DNA of 64,000 bases from Kiritimatiellia bacterium (lineage in GTDB: Bacteria > Verrucomicrobiota > Kiritimatiellia > RFP12 > JBMNHG01): the NCBI GenBank assembly GCA_050950285.1, contig JBMNHG010000002.1:692654-756653 (forward strand). Direction: 5' to 3'. Shown here piece after piece: positions 30,681-39,998 of this stretch. Under the pieces are notes generated by a model. It was not told the origin of the DNA. It was given only the letters and a program-made list of their open reading frames with translations, and made no database searches. Numbering within the stretch: the stretch's first letter is position 1; every line of letters starts with the position of its first letter. The translations under genes and the position numbers were made by a program.

Positions 30681-31943
30681 GTGCATTGTTGCGATTAAAA
30701 ACCAACCAACAGCTATGCAAACTCCGGGTACAGGTGCTTGAGCTTTATCCTCGCGTCCGCCGTTTGAAACCGCCAGACAACCTTTTCGCGCCTCTCATTT
30801 CTATCCGTTTCCCACGCGAGTACATGCCTCTTCATTTCCTCCTCTGTGGCTATCCTTCTGTTCAGGCACTGCTTGCCCAGGACGCTGAGTTCGATTTCCG
30901 CAATGTTCAGCCATGATCCGTGTTTCGGCGTATGCACCAATTCGAAGCGCTGCATCAACGCATGAGCCTTGTCGGGGGCAAAAGTCTCATACAGGGAGCC
31001 GAAGTCATGGGTGTTGAGATTGTCGCAGACAAGCGTGATGCGCTCCGCATCCGGATACATGCCGGCAATGTCCTCTACAAAATACGCGAAGTCCTGCTTC
31101 GTCTTGCGCCCGGACACCTTGGCCATGCGCTTCCCGGCCAGCGGATCCACCGCCATGAATATGTTCGTGGTGCCGTTCCGGACGTATTCCGTGTCAAAAT
31201 GCCTGACCCCGTGCCCATCCGTGTATGCCTCGCGGCATTCGCCGATCAACTGCTTGGGCATCTCGTCCATGCAGACCACCGGATGCGCGGGGTCTGCCGG
31301 ACGCGTGTAGACATCAATGACATTCTCCATCGCGGCGACGAAAGCCCCGCTTTGCCCCGGCGGGATGACCCATTCCTTCTTCAGCCAAGGCTTAATCTCC
31401 TTTTTTTTAACACGCGTGAAACAGTGGAGTACGATATCCCATCGACAATCCCCAGCTCCACCATGCGTTCCGCCAGAAGACGGACAGTCCATCTGACCCT
31501 GCCCTCGGGCGGCTCGCCGCAGGCCATGGCCATAAGCTGCGCCTCCTGCGCGCCGTCCAAGGCGCAGGGGCGGTGCCCGCGCTCCTCAATGCGCCCCGTC
31601 AACGCCTCCTCTATCGAATGCTCCACGCAGTCCCGCTTGACCCGGTATATGCGCGACCGGTCGATATCAAGGACTTGGGCGATGCATTCGTCCGTCTTGC
31701 GCTCGGGGTTGAACTCGCTCTGGTCAACCGCCAGCAGAATCAGCGCGTTCTTGATCTTCTGCGGCGCCCCTTTCGTTGTCGAGGCCAGGTGGCTGAGCCC
31801 GGCACGTTCATCTTCGCTCAATACAACACGGTACCTGATCTTCGGCATGGCGTCTCCAGTTGCGTTCGGTGTTTAAGGACAGGGCACGCGCCCGGAGAAT
31901 AGCATGCCATTTATTTTGTCGGTTTACAAGCGCAACAATGCAC
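30681..31943 (-). mobile_element. IS630 family insertion sequence
   Basis: IRs GTGCATTGTTGCG / CGCAACAATGCAC, TA on both sides, two-ORF transposase. Confidence 0.95.
30713..31848 (-). CDS. IS630 transposase (orfA 31381-31848 + orfB via -1 frameshift at A8G ~31400-31408)
   Basis: HTH orfA RWTVRLL..SRVLKK; orfB CMDE, CDNLNTH, PKHGSWLNIAEIE. Confidence 0.93.
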
Positions 31944-33136
31944 TAGCCGCTGTTTTTCGAGCCTGCCCCCGAAAACTTCCTGCGGTAGTCGCGAACGGAG
32001 ATGCCGAACCGGTTTCGGAAGAGGTTGCGGAGCGAATCGGAGTTCTTGAATCCGCATTGCCGCGCGATGGTCTGGATGTTGGCGGAGCTGGCGCGGAGGA
32101 GGTTCTGGACGGCCTTGAGCCGGATGCCCTCGAGATACGCGCTGACCGTGGTTTGCTTGTATTCCTTGAACCGGAGGTCGAGCAAGCGGCGCGAGACGCC
32201 GAGCGTCTCGGCGACGCCGTCGGCGGAAATCCCTTCCAGCGCCTGCCGTTCCATGAGATCCTGCGCGCGGCGGACGAGGCTTTCGTTCGGGGCGAAGGGG
32301 CGCGTCGAGCCGCGCACGACGACTGTCATGGAGGGGCAGACGATCATGCGTGGAACCGGCTTCTTTCGACTGGTCATGAGACGGACGAGCTCCTGGGCGG
32401 CGCAGAAGCCCTGCCGGTCGAAATCGGGCATGATGCTGGAAAGGGGCGGCTTCGAGAAATTGCCCAGGAACTCGTCGTTGTCGACGCCGAGGACGGCGAT
32501 GGTGGACGGCACCTGGATTTTCGCGGCGGAGCAGGCGTCAAGCACCTGGTCGGCGCGGGCGTCGTTTGCGCAGAGCAGCGCGGCCGGTTTCGCCAGCGAA
32601 CGCAGCCAGTCGATCAGCGCCCGCCGGTCGTCCGGCCGCGAGGCGGAGCCGTTGCGGAAAACGGCGGCGGCCCGGTTGTGTCGGGAGATCTCGGTGCAGA
32701 ACGCCGCTTCGCGTTCGATCGACCAGCACTCGCCCAAAGGCGAGGGGACGTAGCCGAACGATCGGACGGCGCCCAGGGACAGGAGGTGGCGAGCGCCCGT
32801 GACGCCGATGTTCTTGTTGTCCGTGCGAACGTGGGAGACGAGGTTCGCCTCCTGGACGAACGGCGGAAGGGAGGCGCCGGCCACCACGATCGGGAAGGAG
32901 ACCGTCGACAGGAGGTCGCAGGCGTCCGGGGCGAAGGGCAGGGTGGTGATCAGCCCATCGATCTTCGAGGCGATGGCGTCGGCCAGGATTTCCCGGGTGA
33001 GGATGTCTTGGGACTGGGCGATGTGCAAGTCCCAGAGGCGGTTGAGGCTGACGCGCAGGACGCCATTGGCATGGCGCCGACACGACGAGCCCGCCAAGTG
33101 GAGGTTCAAGAGCACTTTATAGACTTTGGGTTTCAT
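31943..33136 (-). CDS. XylR-type transcriptional regulator (periplasmic-binding-like domain + AraC HTH)
   Basis: IAVLGVDND, LSSI, GVSRRLLDLRF, ARQCGF. Confidence 0.9.
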   Translation of the reverse strand: MKPKVYKVLLNLHLAGSSCRRHANGVLRVSLNRLWDLHIAQSQDILTREILADAIASKIDGLITTLPFAPDACDLLSTVSFPIVVAGASLPPFVQEANLVSHVRTDNKNIGVTGARHLLSLGAVRSFGYVPSPLGECWSIEREAAFCTEISRHNRAAAVFRNGSASRPDDRRALIDWLRSLAKPAALLCANDARADQVLDACSAAKIQVPSTIAVLGVDNDEFLGNFSKPPLSSIMPDFDRQGFCAAQELVRLMTSRKKPVPRMIVCPSMTVVVRGSTRPFAPNESLVRRAQDLMERQALEGISADGVAETLGVSRRLLDLRFKEYKQTTVSAYLEGIRLKAVQNLLRASSANIQTIARQCGFKNSDSLRNLFRNRFGISVRDYRRKFSGAGSKNSG

Positions 33137-33244
33137 GGAAGCAGGGCGCAAAGTGCTTTCGATCAATGGATTCTCGCAGAAACCCGCCGATCCCGCAACC
33201 TTTTCATTCGCAAAGATTTTTCCATCATCGTTCACATGGAGGCG

Positions 33245-33273
33245 TTGACTCGGGTAAACGGTTCTGGTATTTT
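33245..33273 (+). promoter_or_regulatory. Putative sigma70 promoter of the secreted-protein operon
   Basis: TTGACT-17 nt-TATTTT with TG extension. Confidence 0.5.
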
Positions 33274-33367
33274 GATGTTGTATTAAAAGAATGGGTGAAA
33301 ACTGTTTTCATCCGTTTTTTCATCCAATATCCTGCAAGCGCTTGGAAAAAAAGAGAGGACAGGAACC

Positions 33368-34024
33368 ATGCAAACTGGATCGAATTCGTTGGGAAGACTT
33401 CAGCGGGCGTGCGCAGGCGTTTTAGTTTTAGGCATGCTGTGCGCGGCGCTGCCGCTCCGGGCGGGCGTCCTTTCGCAGCCCATTGTCGTGACCCGGGATC
33501 CCGGACGGCACCTGCTTTGGCGCACGGCGCCCGCAGGTGCGTTCACGTTGCGCTGGGCGACGCCCGCAGGCGCCACGAGCGCGACGCTGCAGGTGGCGGC
33601 CGAAGGGTACTCCCAGACGTACAACGGGTTGACGGACGGCGCGCTTGAATTGACCTTGCCCGCGCCGGCTTCGGCGAAAGACGAGCGGGTCTATGCGCTC
33701 ACGCTGGCCTTCGACAACGGCGTCGTGAAGCGCACGACCCTCGGCGCGGTGGTCTCGCAAGGCGGGCAGCAGGCGTCGACCGAGGCGATCAAGGAAACGT
33801 CGGACGACTGGTTGCGCGTCCGCTCGCCGCTCGTCGTCCCCATTCCCCACGGAACCACTTCCCTGACGCTGGACGGGGAGCCGGTCGAAACCGGGCTCGG
33901 GGGCGACGCGGGGTGGCACGCCTTCCGGGGCGGACGTTCCGGCGCGCTCGTCCTGACCGCGCCGCCGCACGTCTACACGGCGGATTTGCTTGCCCTTGAC
34001 AGCCTGATCATCCTCATTCGCTGA
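33368..34024 (+). CDS. Hypothetical secreted protein
   Basis: Signal peptide (..LPLRA); beta-rich body; ends DSLIILIR. Confidence 0.75.
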   Translation: MQTGSNSLGRLQRACAGVLVLGMLCAALPLRAGVLSQPIVVTRDPGRHLLWRTAPAGAFTLRWATPAGATSATLQVAAEGYSQTYNGLTDGALELTLPAPASAKDERVYALTLAFDNGVVKRTTLGAVVSQGGQQASTEAIKETSDDWLRVRSPLVVPIPHGTTSLTLDGEPVETGLGGDAGWHAFRGGRSGALVLTAPPHVYTADLLALDSLIILIR

Positions 34025-34040
34025 TCGAAAGGATTCCGAC

Positions 34041-35384
34041 ATGAAAAAACTTCTGGCCTTCCTCCCCTTGTTCGCCGCCGCCGCTTTGGCGCAACCCGCG
34101 ATCGACTCGGTCTCGGTGCGCCAGGACTGGCCTTGGTCGAACGGAATCGTCGTCGACTACGTGGTTTCGGGCGCCACCGAAAACGGCGTCGACGTCTCCC
34201 TCGTCGCATTCAATGGCACGGAGAATCTCGGTCCGCTGACGTCGTTCCGGTCGGGTTCGCTCTTCGCGTCGAAGAACGGCGCGAACACGGTCGTCATCGA
34301 TCCGGCCGCGCTTCCCGGCACGGGCGCTTCGGGCCTGGGCGCGTTCCAGGTGGAGATGGACGTGCTCGGCGAGGGCGACCCGCTCGTCGACCGCGTGGAG
34401 TACAAGATCATCGATCTGCTGACGCACGAGGTCGCGGACGTGCGGCGCCGCGACTTCTATGAAAACCCCCAAACCTACGGCGCCTACACGCGCGACTACT
34501 CGGCGGTCGGTCCGGGCTTCCAGTCCTTCCTCCCGCCGGAGGACGTCTTCGTCTGGACGGGCGTCAACTCGAACGACGTCTACAAGACGGACAAGCTCGT
34601 CCTGAAGCTCGTCCCGGCGAAGGACGAGGTGTGGCCTTTCGGCCCGAGCGCGGACGACACGGAAGCGAAGCCCGCCGGCTATTGGAGCTATCCGGTCATG
34701 GGCGAGACGCGCATGCAGGTGAAGCTGACGAAGGACTACTACATGGGCGTCTTCGAGCTGACGCAGCAGCAGTACTTCCACCTGACGGGCGAATGGCCCT
34801 CCTACTTCACCAACGTCGCGCACCGGGCGACGCTTCCGGTCGAATGGGTGGACAAGACGCACCAGCAGTTCGTCGAGGCCGTGAACGCGGCGCACGACTA
34901 CGGCTTCAAGGTTCCGACCGAGGCGCAGTGGGAATACGCCGCGAAGGCGGGCTGCGACGGTCCGGGGCTCCCGAACGGCAAGACGTATTCGTCCGAGGCG
35001 TTCGCCGAGCTGGAAGGCTACAGCGCCACGAGGGGCCATAGCGATCGCAACGCCGTGACCGCCACCTACAAAGTGGGCGTCGGGCGTCCGAACGCCTACG
35101 GCCTCTTCAACATGCTCGGGAACATCAGCGAGTGGTGCAGCGAGGAGCCGCAACACAACCTCGCGAGCTACTACGGCGGGACGCCCGAGCCGATCGTCGA
35201 TCCGAACGTGCAGACGGCGGCCGGCCAGTACGGCACCCACTACGGCATGTTCCGCGGCGGCAACTACAACAGGCTCTGGTGGCGGTACGCCCAGCGTTTC
35301 GCCATTTTGGACGGGGACATCGAAAAAGGATGGTTCTACAGCCAGCCGCTGGTCGGCTGGCGCGTGATCGTGGAGGCGGAGTGA
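34041..35384 (+). CDS. Secreted FGE-sulfatase (SUMF1, C-type-lectin fold) domain protein, paralogue 1
   Basis: Signal peptide; VRQDWPW; FELTQQQY, PTEAQWEYAAK, PNAYGLFNMLGNISEW, RGG, GWR. Confidence 0.9.
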   Translation: MKKLLAFLPLFAAAALAQPAIDSVSVRQDWPWSNGIVVDYVVSGATENGVDVSLVAFNGTENLGPLTSFRSGSLFASKNGANTVVIDPAALPGTGASGLGAFQVEMDVLGEGDPLVDRVEYKIIDLLTHEVADVRRRDFYENPQTYGAYTRDYSAVGPGFQSFLPPEDVFVWTGVNSNDVYKTDKLVLKLVPAKDEVWPFGPSADDTEAKPAGYWSYPVMGETRMQVKLTKDYYMGVFELTQQQYFHLTGEWPSYFTNVAHRATLPVEWVDKTHQQFVEAVNAAHDYGFKVPTEAQWEYAAKAGCDGPGLPNGKTYSSEAFAELEGYSATRGHSDRNAVTATYKVGVGRPNAYGLFNMLGNISEWCSEEPQHNLASYYGGTPEPIVDPNVQTAAGQYGTHYGMFRGGNYNRLWWRYAQRFAILDGDIEKGWFYSQPLVGWRVIVEAE

Positions 35385-35406
35385 GAACCGGGGAAGGAAA
35401 GATGAC

Positions 35407-36753
35407 ATGAACATGAAGAAGACTGTTTTCGCATGGGTCGCGCTCGGCGCGGCGGCGGCATTCGCGGAGCCGGCGGTGGATCGGGTCCTCGTGCGCCAGA
35501 TGTGGCCGTGGGATCGGACCGTCAAGGTCGAGTACGAGCTTTCGGGGACGACCGCCCTGCACGACATGGCGGTGACGGTGACGGCGGGCGACGCCACGTA
35601 CGACACGGCACAGGTGCTCGCGGCGATGACGGAGGGCGAGCTCTACGGCATCGCGGCGGGCCTCAACGGCTTCGCGTTCGATCCGCAGCTCCTGTTCGGC
35701 ACGGATAAGGCGAAGGTGGCGTTCACGGTGCGCGTGGAGCCCGGCGCGGCGTCCGACCCCCTCATCGATCGGATTGAGTATCGCGTCCTCGACCTCGTGA
35801 ACGGCACGTTCGCGGATCTCAGGCGGCGCGACTTCTACAACAACCCGGCGACCTACGGCGCGTTCACCACGAACTACGCCTCGGTCGGCCCGGGCTTCCA
35901 CTCCTTCCTCGACCCGGGCGAGACGTTCGTCTGGACGGGCGTGAACTCGAACGACGTCTACAAGACGGACAAGCTCGCCCTGAAGCTCATCCGGGCGAAG
36001 GACGCGGTGTGGCCCTTCGGCCCGAGCGCGGACGACGCGGAGGCGAAGCCCGCCGGCTATTGGAGCCATCCGATCATGGGCGAGACGCGCATGCAGGTGA
36101 AGCTGACGAAGGACTACTACATGGGCGTCTTCGAGCTGACGCAGCAGCAGTACTTCCACCTGACGGGCGAGTGGCCCTCCTACTTCACCAACGTCGCGCA
36201 CCGGGCGACGCTTCCGGTCGAGTACGTGGACAAGACGCACCAGCAGTTCGTCGAGGCCGTGAACGCGGCGCACGACTACGGCTTCAAGGTTCCGACCGAG
36301 GCGCAGTGGGAATACGCCGCGAAGGCGGGCTACGACGGTCCGGGGCTCCCGAACGGCAAGACGTATTCGTCCGAGGCGTTCGCCGAGCTGGAAGGCTACA
36401 GCGCCACGCGGGGCGATACGAATCGCAACTCCACGAAAGCCACCTACAAGGTGGGCCTCGGGCGTCCGAACGCCTACGGCCTCTTCAATATGCTCGGAAA
36501 CATCAGCGAGTGGTGCAGCGAAGAGCCGCAACACAACCTCGCGAGCTACTACAGCGGGACGCCCGAACCGATCGTCGATCCGAACGTGCAGACGGCGGCC
36601 GGCATTTACCACGCCTACTACGGCGTTTTCCGAGGCGGCAACTACAACAGGCTCTGGTGGCGGTACGCCCAGCGTCTCGCCCAAACGGACGGAAACGGAT
36701 ATTTCTGGAGCCAGCCGCTGATCGGCTGGCGCGTGATCGTGGAGGCGGAGTGA
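35407..36753 (+). CDS. Secreted FGE-sulfatase domain protein, paralogue 2
   Basis: Same motifs; 35929-36753 near-identical to 34551-35384. Confidence 0.9.
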   Translation: MNMKKTVFAWVALGAAAAFAEPAVDRVLVRQMWPWDRTVKVEYELSGTTALHDMAVTVTAGDATYDTAQVLAAMTEGELYGIAAGLNGFAFDPQLLFGTDKAKVAFTVRVEPGAASDPLIDRIEYRVLDLVNGTFADLRRRDFYNNPATYGAFTTNYASVGPGFHSFLDPGETFVWTGVNSNDVYKTDKLALKLIRAKDAVWPFGPSADDAEAKPAGYWSHPIMGETRMQVKLTKDYYMGVFELTQQQYFHLTGEWPSYFTNVAHRATLPVEYVDKTHQQFVEAVNAAHDYGFKVPTEAQWEYAAKAGYDGPGLPNGKTYSSEAFAELEGYSATRGDTNRNSTKATYKVGLGRPNAYGLFNMLGNISEWCSEEPQHNLASYYSGTPEPIVDPNVQTAAGIYHAYYGVFRGGNYNRLWWRYAQRLAQTDGNGYFWSQPLIGWRVIVEAE

Positions 36754-36781
36754 GAGCCGAAAACGGAAAGATGAATTGAAC

Positions 36782-39700
36782 ATGGGGAAGACGGGCAAGA
36801 CGGGTTTTGCAAGGGCTGCGGCGTTCGTCACGGCGGTGGTTTTCGGGGTCGCGGCCTGCCTGGCTCCACCGCTCCAGGCCGCCGTGTCGGAGCCGGTGGA
36901 GGTGTTTGTGCGTGTGGAACAGGATCGCAACTTGCTGCGGAACGGGTCGTTTGAATTCGCCAACCGCCACAACGGCATGAAGACGATTCTCAACCCGGGC
37001 GACCATCTCGCGTTCCAATGGGGCGCAAGGCAGAAGCAGCGCTGGTGCGAGACGGGGTTCGACCAGTGGTGGGGCGAAGGGCCGACGAACGGCGCGCTCT
37101 ACGCGGCGTCGCCGGACGCCTGCTCGGGGCGGCGCTCGCTTGCCGTGACGGCGCCCGGCGCCATCACCACGTGGCTCGTGTATCTCGACGACTGGCCGGA
37201 AGACGGAGCCGACGCGGTGACGCTCTCCTGGCGGGCGAAGGGCGTGGGCGGCGCGGCGGCGCTGCGCGCCGAGGTCGCGCTCCACGAAGGGGCGGCGCCC
37301 CTTTCGCAGGAGCCGCGCGTGGCCGGGCAGGCGATCGACGGCGAGGCGGACGCCGGGACGTGGGGGCGCGGCACGCTGACCTTCGAGATTCCGGCGGCGG
37401 CGCGCCGCCGCGAAAAAGCGGCGATGGCGGTTCGCCTCGCCGTGACGGACGGCACGTGCCTCTTCGACGACGTGCAGCTCGAATACGGCCGCGAGGCCAC
37501 CGGCTTCACCGAACGCCAGTCGCAGTATCTTTCGCTCGAAATGGAGGGCGTCCCGGCGACCGACCTGCCGAAATACAAACTCGGGCGCGATGCCGTCAAG
37601 ACGCTCCTCGTCCGGAACACGTCGGGGAAGCGGCTGACCGGCGAGCTCAAGGTCTTCCTGGATCCGTGGGACAAGGCGGGCACGACGCCGATCGCCACGA
37701 AGCGGGTCGTCGATTGGGAGGCGGACGCGACGGAGGCGTTTCCGGTCGACGTCGGCGCGCTCGCGCCGGACGGCTACGTGATCCTGGCTTCGTTCGAGCC
37801 GTATTTCAGCGAGAAGGGCGTCTACGAGCCGGCGAACACGGGATGGGGCGCCGTCGGGCGCAGCCAGCTCTTGAAGCGCAACGGCCTGCGCTTCTGCGTG
37901 TTCGCGGCGACCGAGCCGAAGGATCTCTTCGGCGTCGGGAACGGGATGATCGGCCACGGCGGCTGGTGGGGCGGGAACTCGATGGAGAACGCCGTGCTCG
38001 GCAAGTCCGTGCATCCCGTCCTCCTGGGCGAGGCCGATCCGTTCAAGGCGGCGGTCGTCGGCGCGCCGAACATCGAGGAGCCGCGCCTCAACATCGTCAG
38101 GCCCGAGGACAGGGCGTTCCCCGAGTCGTGGAACCCCACGGCGCCGAATATGATCAACGCCTATTCGCCGAACGGGCGCAAGGTCCTGCGGGAACGGGCG
38201 ATCGCGTTCGGCAGGCGCGTGGCGGACGACCCCTCCGTCGCGGGCGCGAAGCTGGAGAACGAAGGCTTCTTCGTGAACCGCGGCAATTTCTGCCCCGACG
38301 CCTGGGGCGACCTCGATTTCCGCACGTGGGCGAAACAGCGGTACGACGGCGACCTCGCGCGGCTGAACGCCGTTTGGAAGACGGCGTTCGCGACGTGGGA
38401 CGAGGTCGTGCAGCCCATCTCGGGCATCAAGGAGGGAACGATCGAGAAGACCGGCGGCGCGGCGCTCGACTGGATGGCCTCGCTGGGCAAGATGACGCCG
38501 GAGGCGCAGGCGCGGCTCGCCGCGACGCCCGCGTTCTCGATGGACTGGTTCCGCTGGCGCGCCGACTCCGTGATCACGCTCTACGCCGACTTCATCGCCG
38601 CCGCGAAGACCGTGGACCGGAAGACGCTCTACGGCAACAACTACCCGTGGCCCAACTACTTCACGCACATCATCTGGCCGCAATGGCGCACGCACGACGT
38701 GATCATGCTCGACCAGCAGTACGCGTGCGGATTCCCGCGGACGCTGGGCACGAACGAGGAGATGATCGACATCCTGGAGCAGGCGGAGTCGATCTCCCGC
38801 GGGGAGCGCCCGATCTGGGGCCGCGAAATCTACTTCCAGCCGAACTACCCCGGCGAGATGGCGGCGTTGCAGAACTGGGCGATGATCGCCCACGGGATGT
38901 CCGTGCCGATGACCTTTGCATGGCGTCCGTACGCGGACCGCAACCGCGAGGTTTTCAAGACGGGGCCGAAATCGTGGCTGCTCGACGATGCGCCGCCCAT
39001 GTGGTTCATCCTCGACGTCGACGGCTCCAAAGTACCCGGCTACGCCCCCAACGCGCGGTCGACGGACGAAATCGCCGCGTTCCACCGGAAGTACGACGGG
39101 CTCTCGCTCGAGCGCATCCGCGGCGACGTGGCGCTTTACTTTTCGACCGACTCCTCCACCTACATCATGTTCGAGACGTTCGACAAGCCCTACGACAGCC
39201 AGCTCTCGCAAGACCGCATGGCCATCGCCGGGGCGCTGCGGTACGCCGGCTCGCGCATCGAGTACTTCGACGACGCGACGCTCGCGGAAGTCGATCCCGA
39301 GCGCTTCCCGGTGCTGTTCGCGGCGGGCGAGAAGGTGCTTTCCGACTCGGCGGAAGCGCGGCTCAAGCGCTATGCGGAACGAGGCGGACGCCTCGTCGTC
39401 TTCAACGACTTCAACGCGTGGGACGTCAACCTGGAACCGAAGGCGAATCCCGGCGCCGAGGGGTGGAAGGGCGACGTCCGCGTCGTCAAGGACTTCGTCG
39501 GCAAGTACGACACCAAGCCGTACAACACCGCCGCCTACGACCAGTACATTGCGAAGCTGCTGGCGGATCTGGAGATTCCGCGCCATGCCTGGTGGGAGAA
39601 CGAGACGCCGCATCAGGACGGCGAGGAGCGCCTCCTCGCCGGCGAGGGGCGACCGATCGTCGAGGTCGTCGTGCGGCGGCAGAAGACGACCGGGCGCCGG

Positions 39701-39859
39701 TTCGTCTTCGTCCTCAACAAAGGCGGCGCAGGCCGCGGACGGCTTTGCGGCCCCGACTTCGAGGGCGCGACGACGCTCGTCGATGCGTTGACGGAGGAAC
39801 AATCCGGCCTGGCGTTGGAGCTCCAGCCCTTCGGCTACCGGGTTTTCCTGATTCCCTGA
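36782..39859 (+). CDS. Secreted GH42-like glycoside hydrolase with N-terminal CBM-like domain
   Basis: Signal peptide; NLLRNGSFE; LENEG; FRTWAKQRYDGDLARLNAVWKTAF; trimerisation-like C-terminus. Confidence 0.7.
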   Translation: MGKTGKTGFARAAAFVTAVVFGVAACLAPPLQAAVSEPVEVFVRVEQDRNLLRNGSFEFANRHNGMKTILNPGDHLAFQWGARQKQRWCETGFDQWWGEGPTNGALYAASPDACSGRRSLAVTAPGAITTWLVYLDDWPEDGADAVTLSWRAKGVGGAAALRAEVALHEGAAPLSQEPRVAGQAIDGEADAGTWGRGTLTFEIPAAARRREKAAMAVRLAVTDGTCLFDDVQLEYGREATGFTERQSQYLSLEMEGVPATDLPKYKLGRDAVKTLLVRNTSGKRLTGELKVFLDPWDKAGTTPIATKRVVDWEADATEAFPVDVGALAPDGYVILASFEPYFSEKGVYEPANTGWGAVGRSQLLKRNGLRFCVFAATEPKDLFGVGNGMIGHGGWWGGNSMENAVLGKSVHPVLLGEADPFKAAVVGAPNIEEPRLNIVRPEDRAFPESWNPTAPNMINAYSPNGRKVLRERAIAFGRRVADDPSVAGAKLENEGFFVNRGNFCPDAWGDLDFRTWAKQRYDGDLARLNAVWKTAFATWDEVVQPISGIKEGTIEKTGGAALDWMASLGKMTPEAQARLAATPAFSMDWFRWRADSVITLYADFIAAAKTVDRKTLYGNNYPWPNYFTHIIWPQWRTHDVIMLDQQYACGFPRTLGTNEEMIDILEQAESISRGERPIWGREIYFQPNYPGEMAALQNWAMIAHGMSVPMTFAWRPYADRNREVFKTGPKSWLLDDAPPMWFILDVDGSKVPGYAPNARSTDEIAAFHRKYDGLSLERIRGDVALYFSTDSSTYIMFETFDKPYDSQLSQDRMAIAGALRYAGSRIEYFDDATLAEVDPERFPVLFAAGEKVLSDSAEARLKRYAERGGRLVVFNDFNAWDVNLEPKANPGAEGWKGDVRVVKDFVGKYDTKPYNTAAYDQYIAKLLADLEIPRHAWWENETPHQDGEERLLAGEGRPIVEVVVRRQKTTGRRFVFVLNKGGAGRGRLCGPDFEGATTLVDALTEEQSGLALELQPFGYRVFLIP

Positions 39860-39998
39860 AAGCAGAAAGGGGGAAACATTGGCGACGCCCCCGGTAACGT
39901 TGTCGCGTGTTGTCGGATTTTTCGGATCGGTCGACGCCAAGCTCATGGGGACGTTCTTCTGCTTGACCTCAATGAGGTGAAATGCGATTTTGCCGTCT

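Noticed and set aside
34041..36753. Complete diversity-generating retroelement
   Set aside because: No reverse transcriptase, avd or template repeat in the window; differences are not adenine-only. Kept only as a hypothesis in findings
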